Shown piece after piece: positions 1 through 9,050 of a stretch of DNA of 64,000 nucleotides; within the stretch, counting starts at the first letter, position 1; every line of letters starts with the position of its first letter. Position numbers and translations under genes: made by a program. Under the pieces are notes generated by a model that saw only the letters and a list, made by a program, of their open reading frames with translations, searched no databases and was not told where the DNA came from. This stretch comes from Gammaproteobacteria bacterium (GTDB taxonomy: Bacteria; Pseudomonadota; Gammaproteobacteria; SZUA-229). The stretch is taken from contig WFOC01000079.1 of NCBI GenBank assembly GCA_015488295.1, positions 39,009 through 103,008 on the forward strand, in the 5' to 3' direction.

Positions 1-1146
1 TACAACCTGAACCAGCTGAGTAACTGGCTGGCAAAACCGTCAAAGCACACACCGGAAGTTATCGGCATCTGGGACGAAGTGTATTACCAGCTATATCAGC
101 TGTATCAGCGGCAGCGAAAGTCACGACGCAAGCTCACATCCATTCTTAACAAGTTTCAAAAATCCACACAGGCGCTACCCTACGCCACTATTATTTTGAA
201 CGCACTGAATGAAATCGAATGGTTCAACCCGGCGGCCAGCCAGATGTTTAACCTGCATAGCAAGATCGACATCGGACAGCGCATCGACAACCTGATTCGC
301 CAGCCAAAATTTTCACGCTACCTGCTAAAAAAAGATTTTTCAAAACCACTGAAACTTTTAATCGGCCAGAAAAAAGTCATATTCAATATCACGCCATATG
401 GCAGCGGACAGTTTCTGATAAGCGCAAGAGACATCACCTCACTCAGCCAGCTCGATGACATGCGACGCGATTTTATTTCCAACGCCTCGCACGAACTACG
501 CACGCCGCTGACCGTGATGTCCGGTTACATTGAAATATTACAGCACACTGCTGATGAAAAAACCGAAATGCCACTCGACAAAATTCAACAACAGATCGTG
601 CGTATGAACAAGATCATCACCGAACTGATTGAACTGGCAAGACTGGAATCATCTGCCGCTATCGACCACACCATGAAAGTCGATGTAAAAGAAATATTAA
701 ACGATGTTTATAACGAAGCGCTGTCTCTTGATAACGGCAAACATCATATCGAGCTGGTTATCGATGCCTGCGAAAAGCAGTCATCAAAATTACACGGCAG
801 CTATGAAGAATTGCGCATGGCGTTCTCCAACCTGCTGACCAACGCCATTCGCTACACACCGGAAAACGGCAACATTAAACTGTTCTGTACTGTCAATGAA
901 TCAACTATTTCCGTCGGCGTTGAAGACAGCGGGCTGGGCATCAACTACGAACACATCCCAAGACTGACCGAACGTTTCTACCGTGTTGATGAAGGCCGCT
1001 CCAGAGAACAGGGAGGCACCGGTCTCGGCCTGGCCATCGTCAAACACGTGCTTGATCGTCACAATGCCAGCCTTGCTATACAGAGCGAAACCGGCAAAGG
1101 CAGCACCTTCCGCTGCGACTTTCCTGTCTCACACCAAAAGCAGTGA
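1..1146 (+). CDS. phoR: Phosphate regulon sensor histidine kinase PhoR, 5'-truncated by window edge
   Basis: Reading frame is open from base 1 with no stop before the listed ORF at 79. H-box DMRRDFISNASHELRTPLTV and G-box GGTGLGLAIVKHV identify HisKA plus HATPase domains. pstS lies directly downstream. Confidence 0.85.
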   Translation, partial: YNLNQLSNWLAKPSKHTPEVIGIWDEVYYQLYQLYQRQRKSRRKLTSILNKFQKSTQALPYATIILNALNEIEWFNPAASQMFNLHSKIDIGQRIDNLIRQPKFSRYLLKKDFSKPLKLLIGQKKVIFNITPYGSGQFLISARDITSLSQLDDMRRDFISNASHELRTPLTVMSGYIEILQHTADEKTEMPLDKIQQQIVRMNKIITELIELARLESSAAIDHTMKVDVKEILNDVYNEALSLDNGKHHIELVIDACEKQSSKLHGSYEELRMAFSNLLTNAIRYTPENGNIKLFCTVNESTISVGVEDSGLGINYEHIPRLTERFYRVDEGRSREQGGTGLGLAIVKHVLDRHNASLAIQSETGKGSTFRCDFPVSHQKQ

Positions 1147-1195
1147 CAAGGTAAAAAGCAGGTGAAAAATCACTTGTCACAATATTGTAATAACT

Positions 1196-1217
1196 CTGTC
1201 ATTTTAATTTCATAATT
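1196..1217 (+). promoter_or_regulatory. Pho-box-like sequence (CTGTCATTTTAATTTCATAATT) upstream of pstS
   Basis: CTGTCAT half-site followed about 11 bp later by a TTTCATA half-site, in the 116-bp phoR-pstS gap. Resembles the PhoB box consensus CTGTCATA-N4-CTGTCAT. Confidence 0.35.
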
Positions 1218-1262
1218 AAAACACAAAATGTTCACACTTACTTAATCTGGAGTTCTAACATA

Positions 1263-2252
1263 ATGAAACACAATCGTATTACATCCGTAATAAATACAGC
1301 TTTGGCCGGCACCCTTCTCAGCATTGGCATACTGGCAAGCAGCAGTGCTTACGCCGTAGCCGTTGATGAAGGCATTCCTGAATATAAAGCTGTTAGCGGT
1401 ATTTCCGGCAACCTGTCCAGCGTCGGTTCTGATACATTGGCCAACCTGATGACTTTATGGGCGGAATCATTTAAACGTGCTTACCCGAACGTTAACATCC
1501 AGATACAGGCCGCCGGCTCATCCACTGCACCACCCGCACTGACCGAAGCAACTTCCAACTTCGGCCCGATGAGTCGCAAGATGAAGTCAAAAGAAATTGC
1601 CGCTTTCGAAGACCGTTACGGTTATAAACCAACCGCTATTCCTGTTGCTATTGATGCGCTGGCTGTTTATGTCAACAAGGACAATCCGATCAAAGGCATG
1701 TCTATTCCTGATGTCGATGCAGTATTCTCTTCAACCAGAAAATGCGGTGGCGATAAAAACATCAGCAAATGGGGCGACCTGGGTCTAACCGGCGCATGGA
1801 AAAACCGCGACATCCAGATCTATGGTCGCAACTCTGTTTCCGGCACCTACGGTTACTTCAAAAAGAAAGCACTGTGTAAAGGCGATTACAAAAACAACGT
1901 CAACGAGCAGCCCGGTTCTGCTTCAGTGGTACAGTCTGTATCCAGCTCTATCAATGGCATCGGTTACTCCGGTATCGGTTATAAAACATCCGGCGTACGC
2001 GCGGTTCCTCTGAGCAAAAAAGTCGGCGGTAAACTTATCGAAGCAACACCGGATAACGCTGTTGCCGGCAAGTACCCGCTGTCTCGCTTCCTGTATGTTT
2101 ATGTAAACAAGCATCCTAATAAAGAGCTTGCGCCTCTGGACAGGGAATTTATCAAGCTGATACTTTCCAGACAGGGTCAGGAAGTGGTTATCAAAGATGG
2201 TTATATTCCTCTACCTGAAAAAGTTGTACAGAAATACCTGAAAGAACTTTAA
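1263..2252 (+). CDS. pstS: Phosphate ABC transporter substrate-binding protein PstS
   Basis: Signal peptide, then PstS-family motifs [12 protein letters not shown] and [15 protein letters not shown]. Length 329 aa. Confidence 0.9.
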   Translation: MKHNRITSVINTALAGTLLSIGILASSSAYAVAVDEGIPEYKAVSGISGNLSSVGSDTLANLMTLWAESFKRAYPNVNIQIQAAGSSTAPPALTEATSNFGPMSRKMKSKEIAAFEDRYGYKPTAIPVAIDALAVYVNKDNPIKGMSIPDVDAVFSSTRKCGGDKNISKWGDLGLTGAWKNRDIQIYGRNSVSGTYGYFKKKALCKGDYKNNVNEQPGSASVVQSVSSSINGIGYSGIGYKTSGVRAVPLSKKVGGKLIEATPDNAVAGKYPLSRFLYVYVNKHPNKELAPLDREFIKLILSRQGQEVVIKDGYIPLPEKVVQKYLKEL

Positions 2253-2274
2253 GACACAGTCAGTCTTATAGAAA

Positions 2275-2300
2275 ATGCCGGGCTATCCCGGCATTTTTTA
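2275..2300 (+). terminator. Rho-independent terminator after pstS
   Basis: GCCGGGCTATCCCGGC hairpin followed by ATTTTTTA. Confidence 0.6.
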
Positions 2301-2606
2301 TTTGCTGCATTAGATACATTCTTTCAGCAAAAACAATAGATTGCATCTATTATCGCGACAGTACCACACCTGAAAACCTGATCTGAATCAAGAAAATAAC
2401 TACCCTTTTTGAGCACTACGCAAGTCGTCAGGTTTAGGTTAGAATACGCCCGCATTTTACGTGGTTGATGTTTTGCACACCGAAACAGGCTTCATCAGAA
2501 ATTGTTTCATCTGTCAGCAGCACACTAATCACAACTACAGAATTTTTAATTATTAGGCTGGTGCAGCATTTTGCAAAACCGGCGTGATCAACACTTGGAG
2601 ATACAG

Positions 2607-3800
2607 ATGATTAAACCTCATGGTTCTGATGAACTTAATCCGTTGTTCGTATACGACCCTGCTGAAAATGAAAAACTGCAGAAAGAAGCCGAAGGCCTGC
2701 CTTCTATCGTAGTCAGCTCTGCCTCTGCAGCCAATGCTGTGATGCTGGGCGCAGGTTATTTCAACCCACTGACCGGTTACATGAATAAAGCGGATGCGCT
2801 TTCTGTCGCCAAAGACATGAAAACCACATCAGGCCTGTTCTGGCCAACACCGGTTTTAAACCTGGTTGAAGACGCTGGCAACATCAAAGCCGGTGACCGC
2901 ATCGCGCTGAAAGATCCTAACGTTGAAGGCAACCCGGTTGTTGCAGTGATGGACGTTGAAGCCGTTGAAGAATTTTCTGACGATGACATCGAATTCATCT
3001 CAAAAAATGTTTACCGCCCAAGCCCGGATGAAGATCATCCTGGTGTGGATGCATTTAAAGCACAGGGTAAAGTTCTGCTTTCCGGCCCTATCCAGGTTCT
3101 GAACTTCTCTTACTTCCAGACTGAATTCCCTGACACTTTCCGCACTGCGGTTGAAATTCGTAACGAAATCGCTGAGCGCGGCTGGAAAAAAGTTGTTGCT
3201 TTCCAGACTCGTAACCCGATGCACCTGGCGCACGAAGAACTGTGTCACATGGCAATGGATCGTTTAGGTTGTGATGGCCTGGTTATCCACATGCTGTTAG
3301 GTAAGCTGAAACCTGGCGATATTCCTGCGCCTGTTCGTGACGCAGCGATTCGTAAAATGGTTGAGCTGTACTTCCCTGAAAACAGCGCCATGGTTACCGG
3401 TTACGGTTTCGACATGCTGTACGCTGGTCCTAAAGAAGGTGTGCTGCACGCTGTGTTCCGTCAGAACATGGGCGCAACGCATTTCATCATCGGTCGTGAC
3501 CACGCGGGCGTTGGCGATCACTACGGCGCGTTTGATGCACAGACTATCTTTGATGAAGAAGTACCAGCCGGTGCTCTGGAAATCGAAATCTTCAAAGCTG
3601 ACCACACTGCTTACTCTAAGAAATTAGATAAAGTTGTCATGATGTGTGAAGCACCTGACCACGAAAAAGATGATTTCGTTCTGCTGTCAGGTACAAAAGT
3701 ACGCGAGATGTTAGGCAACGGTATTGCACCGCCTAAAGAATTCTCACGTCCGGAAGTTGCACAGATCCTGATGGACTACTATGCAGGTCTGAATAAATAA
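2607..3800 (+). CDS. sat: Sulfate adenylyltransferase (ATP sulfurylase), dissimilatory type
   Basis: QTRNPMHLAHEEL and GRDHAGVG motifs. ATG at 2607 is preceded by GGAG; the listed ORF starts at an upstream TTG at 2571. Confidence 0.9.
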   Translation: MIKPHGSDELNPLFVYDPAENEKLQKEAEGLPSIVVSSASAANAVMLGAGYFNPLTGYMNKADALSVAKDMKTTSGLFWPTPVLNLVEDAGNIKAGDRIALKDPNVEGNPVVAVMDVEAVEEFSDDDIEFISKNVYRPSPDEDHPGVDAFKAQGKVLLSGPIQVLNFSYFQTEFPDTFRTAVEIRNEIAERGWKKVVAFQTRNPMHLAHEELCHMAMDRLGCDGLVIHMLLGKLKPGDIPAPVRDAAIRKMVELYFPENSAMVTGYGFDMLYAGPKEGVLHAVFRQNMGATHFIIGRDHAGVGDHYGAFDAQTIFDEEVPAGALEIEIFKADHTAYSKKLDKVVMMCEAPDHEKDDFVLLSGTKVREMLGNGIAPPKEFSRPEVAQILMDYYAGLNK

Positions 3801-3821
3801 AGTTCTTTCAGAGCTTTCATA

Positions 3822-3860
3822 AAAACGGCGCTGTCTCTTTTTGAGCAGCGCCGTTTTTTT
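3822..3860 (+). terminator. Rho-independent terminator after sat
   Basis: AACGGCGCTG...CAGCGCCGTT stem followed by T7. Confidence 0.7.
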
Positions 3861-3871
3861 ATGCATATAAA

Positions 3872-4015
3872 GATTAAAAGCATTTTTCACCACAGAGGCA
3901 CAGAGCACACAGAGTTTTTTTATCGTTAGCCGCGTCTGCGACGCATCTAACAATATATTATTTTTTCTCTGTGTGCTCTGTGCCTCTGTGGTGAATTACT
4001 TTTAAGCTTTTAATC
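3872..4015. repeat. Long palindromic element: perfect 28-bp inverted repeat (3887-3914 / 3967-3994) inside 10-bp outer arms
   Basis: TCACCACAGAGGCACAGAGCACACAGAG pairs perfectly with CTCTGTGTGCTCTGTGCCTCTGTGGTGA. Outer GATTAAAAGC/GCTTTTAATC arms overlap the apbE stop codon. The 52-nt loop contains a small GCGTCTGCGACGC hairpin. Confidence 0.8.
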
Positions 4016-4900
4016 AAGCCAGTAATCCACTTCCTGCAATTTCAAAAATGCTTCTGCATCGCCGCCCTGCAACATAGCCAGCGTTGACATCATGCCCGCC
4101 TCTACGCAGGTAGGCGCTGCGACACTCACCGTGTGCGGCGCACCAACCACAGGCCAGCCTGTTAGCGGATTTAATATGTGGCTGTAACGCACGCCGTCTT
4201 TTAGCAAATAACGATTGGCATCCCCGCTGGTGGCAATGGCACCACTGTATAACTGGAACATGCCACAGGCTTCATCAGAACCGGTAATCAAACGCCCGAC
4301 CGACCAGAAGGCTTTATCTTTACGTGCGGTAGTCATCGACAGGTCACCACCAAAATTCACCAGCACGCTTTGCCCGGTTTTTTGCCGCGCAATCTGCACA
4401 CAGCGATCAACGGCATACTCTTTACCGATGCCACCAAGATCGATCTCCATACCTGCCGGCAAAACGATGGTTGCATTTTCATGGCTAACTTTTTGCCAGC
4501 CGATATTTTTCAAAACCTTTTTCACCTGCTTTTTTGCTGGCAGATGATCACTACCATCAAAGTTCCAGACCTGGCGCAACACACCGGAGGTCACATCAAA
4601 CAGGCCGTCGCTTATTTCAAACAGCTCGTTGGAAAAATCCAGCAGGCGTGAGGTTTCTTCATCAATAGCAACAGCCTCACCCTGCGAATGATTTATTTTA
4701 AAAATAATATTATCTTTTTTATAACGACTGAACTTGTCTTCGATACGCCAGGCTTCGTCAGCCACAGCGTTGAGAATTTCCTGTGCCAGCAATTCGCCTT
4801 CGACTTCCATCAAAACATCGCAGGGACTGGCCATCGCCATGAAGGTGCCTTTCCAGAAATCGTTTTCTTTTTTTAATTCAGTGGCACGCATGTTTTTCAA
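4010..4900 (-). CDS. apbE: FAD:protein FMN transferase (ApbE family)
   Basis: ApbE signature GGIGKEYAVD and TSGDANRYL motifs. Length 296 aa. Confidence 0.85.
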   Translation of the reverse strand: MKNMRATELKKENDFWKGTFMAMASPCDVLMEVEGELLAQEILNAVADEAWRIEDKFSRYKKDNIIFKINHSQGEAVAIDEETSRLLDFSNELFEISDGLFDVTSGVLRQVWNFDGSDHLPAKKQVKKVLKNIGWQKVSHENATIVLPAGMEIDLGGIGKEYAVDRCVQIARQKTGQSVLVNFGGDLSMTTARKDKAFWSVGRLITGSDEACGMFQLYSGAIATSGDANRYLLKDGVRYSHILNPLTGWPVVGAPHTVSVAAPTCVEAGMMSTLAMLQGGDAEAFLKLQEVDYWLD

Positions 4901-4927
4901 AATCGTTAGAAAATTAAAAACATTATT

Positions 4928-5050
4928 TGTCCACAGATAAACACAAATAAACGCAAATATAAAAGCCGTATAACAAATACAGTAAAAAAATATTTTCTTT
5001 GCGTTTATTTGCGTTCATCTGTGGACGGTTAAACTTTTTAAGCTTTTATT
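4928..5050. repeat. Second long imperfect inverted-repeat element (arms 4928-4957 / 4998-5028) plus shared AAGCTTTTA flank
   Basis: TGTCCACAGATAAACACAAATAAACGCAAA pairs with TTTGCGTTTATTTGCGTTCATCTGTGGACGG with 2 mismatches. The flank CTTTTTAAGCTTTTATT resembles the 4001-4015 flank of the first element. Lies at the 3' end of the DUF971 gene. Confidence 0.75.
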
Positions 5051-5681
5051 TAGGCCGGGGCACAAACGCCACTTCATCACCATGCTCGATCAACGTGTAC
5101 GGCTCGGAAAACTGTTTGTTCACCGTCACCTGCAAACGGTCATCAGCAAAAGCTTCCTGCCAGCGCTCGCCACGTTTTCGCATCCACACCAGCAGGCTCT
5201 CGACATTAGTCACCGACTCGGGAACAATAACCTCCTCCTCGTCCTTGCCGGAGATTCTGGCCAGGTCAATAAAGTAAAGCAGCTTGATAACCACCTTGCC
5301 TTCCTGGTCAGTGATACGGGCATCACCCCGGCTCAGGCCGTGCTTTTCCAGACGCTCAAGATAAGCCTGCCAGTTGGCTTCATAATTTTTACCCAGCTCA
5401 TGCAACGTCGCCCAGGAATAAATACCGGTATCATGACCGTCATCAAAAGTGATCTTCAGTGCATAGGTACCCTGCGGGTCAAGCATGGAAATATTGACCA
5501 TCTGCTTGCCATGCACGGGCTTGTCCATCACCTTCACTTCTGCCGCAGTGGAAAACACGCGCAAATACTCACACGGGTACTGAAAGCGAAAACCATCGGT
5601 ATAGGCAATTTCCAGCAGACGTGATTTCTGGTGAAGTTTGATTTCGGTCGGACTAAAGTGGTTGTTTTCTGTTTCTGACAT
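5046..5681 (-). CDS. DUF971 domain fused to a MoaD/ThiS-like beta-grasp domain lacking the C-terminal GG
   Basis: N-terminal FRFQYPCEYLRV...ITFDDGHDTGIYSW matches the DUF971 pattern. C-terminal LQVTVNKQF...GDEVAFVPRPK is MoaD-like but ends in PRPK instead of GG. Confidence 0.6.
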   Translation of the reverse strand: MSETENNHFSPTEIKLHQKSRLLEIAYTDGFRFQYPCEYLRVFSTAAEVKVMDKPVHGKQMVNISMLDPQGTYALKITFDDGHDTGIYSWATLHELGKNYEANWQAYLERLEKHGLSRGDARITDQEGKVVIKLLYFIDLARISGKDEEEVIVPESVTNVESLLVWMRKRGERWQEAFADDRLQVTVNKQFSEPYTLIEHGDEVAFVPRPK

Positions 5682-6280
5682 TTAAAACTACATGCTCTCT
5701 GCTTGAATGATAACCGGGCCAGGCTATCAGGCCCGGCATAAAACAGCGCATATTCTACCTGTATTTTAAGCGCTGCAAGATTAATTCCCGTAAGGATAAT
5801 GATTCTCACTTAATATTGGCCGCCCGCCCTTGCAAGCCATTGATTTTTATAGACATAAAAACCATGCCACACTCATAAATAAAACTTATTGCAACCACAG
5901 CATTATTGTTTGGCGTTTGACCTCTTAGGGTCTAATCTGCACGCCTGAAAAGCGACTTGTTGTGTCGTTTTAATTGCTTTTACAGGTGCTTTGGGCATAC
6001 AATACGTGCCCCAACTTTAGCACCCTGGGCTCATTGTAATGATTCAACCGAATCCGGATGGGAACAGATAAAGCTGATATAACAGCAACTGTTATGTTGC
6101 TGGTAAACGAATTTTGATTCTAAACGGTAGCCTCTTCGGTAGTACCATTTTGGTAGTACAAGGGCGGCATCCAGAAAGATGAAAAAAGGTAGTTGTGAAA
6201 GAAATAGCCCTGCTGTCTTTTTCAACAAAACTATCGCAATTGCAATTGCATAAACTTTAAAACTCTAGGAGTTAATAATA

Positions 6281-6754
6281 ATGCCTACTTTTGTACGTAC
6301 TGAAAAGTGTGATGGATGTAAAGGCCAAGACCGTACAGCTTGCATGTACATCTGCCCACACGATTTAATGAAATTAGACAAAGATGGTTCTGACACAGGT
6401 CACGCCATGAAGTCTTACAACCAGGAACCAGAGCAATGCTGGGAATGTTATTCTTGCGTTAAAATCTGTCCTCAAAATGCTATCGAATGTCGTCACTATG
6501 CTGACGTTGTACCTCTGGGCGGCTCTGTACAGCCTTTACGTGGTACTGATTCAATTATGTGGACTATCAAGTTCCGTAACGGAAACATGAAGCGTTTCAA
6601 ATTCCCAATTCGCACCACTGCTGAAGGCTCTATCGATCCTTATGCTGGCAAACCAGAAGCTGACATGGCTAAGATCGAAGAGAACGGTTTCTTCAATCAC
6701 ATGGAACAGAACGGTTACCGTGCTGGTGATCCAAGCGAACTGATCTGTAAGTAA
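6281..6754 (+). CDS. aprB: Adenylylsulfate (APS) reductase beta subunit
   Basis: MPTFVRTEKCDGCKG...CMYICPHD ferredoxin-like N-terminus typical of AprB, immediately upstream of aprA. Confidence 0.9.
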   Translation: MPTFVRTEKCDGCKGQDRTACMYICPHDLMKLDKDGSDTGHAMKSYNQEPEQCWECYSCVKICPQNAIECRHYADVVPLGGSVQPLRGTDSIMWTIKFRNGNMKRFKFPIRTTAEGSIDPYAGKPEADMAKIEENGFFNHMEQNGYRAGDPSELICK

Positions 6755-6802
6755 TCGTATTACAATCAAATAAATAATTTTAGAATATTAGAGGATATAA
6801 AG

Positions 6803-8788
6803 ATGGCCGAATTTGGTAATCCAGATGTCGTCGAAGAAGAAGTAGACATTCTTCTTATCGGCGGTGGTATGGCTTGTTGTGGTACAGCGTTCGAACTTCC
6901 ACGTTGGATCGAAGCATCAGGCAAAGACATTTCTGTTAAATTAGTTGATAAAGCTGCAATGGACCGTTCAGGTGCTGTTGCTCAGGGTTTGTCTGCTATT
7001 AACACTTACATTGGTCCTGAACAGGATCCAGCTGACTACGCTCGTATGGTTTCTAACGACCTTATGGGTATTACTCGTGATGACCTCGCGTACGACCTGG
7101 GTCGCCACGTAGATGAGTCTGTTCACCTGTTTGAAGAATGGGGTCTGCCTATTTGGAAAACTGACGAGAACGGCGAGCGTTTCGACGGTTCTAAAGGCAT
7201 GACTTCACTGAAAGACGGTGGCAAGCCTGTACGTTCTGGTAAATGGCAAATCATGATTAATGGTGAGTCTTACAAATGGATTGTTGCTGAAGCTGCGAAA
7301 AAAGCTTTAGGTATCGACAATATCCAGGAACGTATTTTCATCGTTAAGCTGATCAACGACAAAAACGACCCTAGCAGAATTGCTGGCGCGGTTGGTTTCT
7401 CAACTCGTGAAGACAAGATCGTTATCTACAAAGCGAAAGCTATCCTGCTGGCTGCCGGTGGTTGTGTAAACATCTTCCGTCCACGTTCAGTTGGTGAAGG
7501 TACAGGTCGTGCATGGTACCCAGTATGGAACGCTGGTTCTACTTACTCAATGGCTGCTGAAGCAGGCGCTGAGCTGACTCTGATGGAAAACCGTTTCGTA
7601 CCGACTCGTTTCAAAGACGGTTACGGTCCTGTTGGCGCATGGTTCCTGCTGTTTAAAGCACAGGCTACTAACGCTTACGGCGAAGCTTACATGCAGAAAA
7701 ACAAAGAAATGCTGGATGACTACCCTCCATACGGTCAGGCTGCGGTTCCTGCTTCTTGTCTGCGTAACCACTTAATGCTGAAAGAGATGAAAGACGGTCA
7801 CGGTCCTATCTGGATGGATACTGTTACAGCTCTGGGCAACCTGCGCGAAACACTGTCTCCACGTGAAGTTAAGCACCTTGAAGCTGAAGCATGGGAAGAT
7901 TTCCTTGACATGTGTGTTGGCCAATGTGGTATCTGGGTTGGTGAAAACATTGAGCCAGAGAAGAAAAACTCTGAGTTAATGCCTACCGAACCGTACCTGC
8001 TGGGTTCTCACTCTGGTTGTTGTGGTATCTGGACTTCAGGTCCTACAGACGTAGGCGCGCCTACAACTGAAACTGAAGAAGGCGTACCTGAGCATCTGCC
8101 ACAGGGCTGGAACTGGGGCTACCGTGGTATGACCACAGTAAACGGTCTGTTCACAGCTGGTGACGGTGTTGGTGCTTCTGGCCACAAATTCTCTTCAGGC
8201 TCTCACGCTGAAGGTCGTATGTGTGCTAAATCAATGCTGAAGTACGTTTTAGACAATGAAGATTACAAACCAGAATTAGATACTTCTGTTGAAGATCTGG
8301 TTGCTGCAATCTATCAGCCTGTTCGTACTTACCTTGAGTTTAAAGACTACACAACAGCTATCGACGTTAACCCTAACTACATCACTCCTAAAATGCTGCA
8401 GTTCCGTCTGCAGAAAATCATGGACGAGTATGTAGCTGGTGTTGCAACTTACTACAACACTAACGCCGAAATGATGAAAGTTGCTGGTGAAAAACTGGAC
8501 GAACTGAAAATCGACGCTAAGAAGATGCGTGCTAAAGACCTTCACGAATTACTTCGTGCATGGGAAAACTATCACCGCATCCTGACAGCTGAAGCTCACT
8601 TGAAACACATCGAATTCCGTCAGGAATCTCGTTACCCTGGTTTCTACTACCGCACTGACAAGAACTTCGTTGATGAAGAAAACTGGCATTGCTTCGTAAA
8701 CTCTATTTACGATAAAGAGACTGGTAAGTGGACTTGCTTCAAACGTGCACACGTTGATTTGGTAGACAAGTCTAAACTGTTCAAATAA
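6803..8788 (+). CDS. aprA: Adenylylsulfate (APS) reductase alpha subunit (FAD)
   Basis: MAEFGNPDVVEEEVDILLIGGGMACCG FAD-binding N-terminus. 661 aa, typical AprA size. Confidence 0.95.
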   Translation: MAEFGNPDVVEEEVDILLIGGGMACCGTAFELPRWIEASGKDISVKLVDKAAMDRSGAVAQGLSAINTYIGPEQDPADYARMVSNDLMGITRDDLAYDLGRHVDESVHLFEEWGLPIWKTDENGERFDGSKGMTSLKDGGKPVRSGKWQIMINGESYKWIVAEAAKKALGIDNIQERIFIVKLINDKNDPSRIAGAVGFSTREDKIVIYKAKAILLAAGGCVNIFRPRSVGEGTGRAWYPVWNAGSTYSMAAEAGAELTLMENRFVPTRFKDGYGPVGAWFLLFKAQATNAYGEAYMQKNKEMLDDYPPYGQAAVPASCLRNHLMLKEMKDGHGPIWMDTVTALGNLRETLSPREVKHLEAEAWEDFLDMCVGQCGIWVGENIEPEKKNSELMPTEPYLLGSHSGCCGIWTSGPTDVGAPTTETEEGVPEHLPQGWNWGYRGMTTVNGLFTAGDGVGASGHKFSSGSHAEGRMCAKSMLKYVLDNEDYKPELDTSVEDLVAAIYQPVRTYLEFKDYTTAIDVNPNYITPKMLQFRLQKIMDEYVAGVATYYNTNAEMMKVAGEKLDELKIDAKKMRAKDLHELLRAWENYHRILTAEAHLKHIEFRQESRYPGFYYRTDKNFVDEENWHCFVNSIYDKETGKWTCFKRAHVDLVDKSKLFK

Positions 8789-8822
8789 GTCCCGACTTAT
8801 TAGATAGTTGAGTTACAGAAGT

Positions 8823-8850
8823 CCGGGCATCATTAGATGCCCGGATTTTT
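8823..8850 (+). terminator. Rho-independent terminator after aprA
   Basis: CCGGGCATCATTAGATGCCCGG hairpin plus ATTTTT. Confidence 0.7.
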
Positions 8851-9050
8851 CAATTAAGGGCACAACAATTGTCTTTAATTGAGAAATCATAAACATCTGA
8901 TAATTTTCAAAATACCCGTAGGCTGGGCCAGGCGCTTTTTGCCGTAACCCGACAACAAGGTAGCCTGTATTAACCTGCTAAATGCCGGGTTGCGACGAAA
9001 AACACCTGACCTAACCTACGAATAATATCTTCCATTGCCAAGAGTTACTT

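Noticed and set aside
318-503. Numerous 60-130-aa ORFs in the six-frame track lying inside or antisense to large confidently assigned genes, for example 318-503, 983-1165, 3337-3627, 7547-7771, 31025-31267, 42536-42913, 59118-59609
   Set aside because: Each is fully embedded in a strongly supported CDS on another frame or strand, lacks an RBS, and has no recognisable motif. Treated as frame noise.
1142-1179. GTGACAAG...CTTGTCAC 8-bp inverted repeat overlapping the phoR stop
   Set aside because: Short stem with a 20-nt loop and no T-tract. Possibly a weak attenuator, but not distinguishable from chance.
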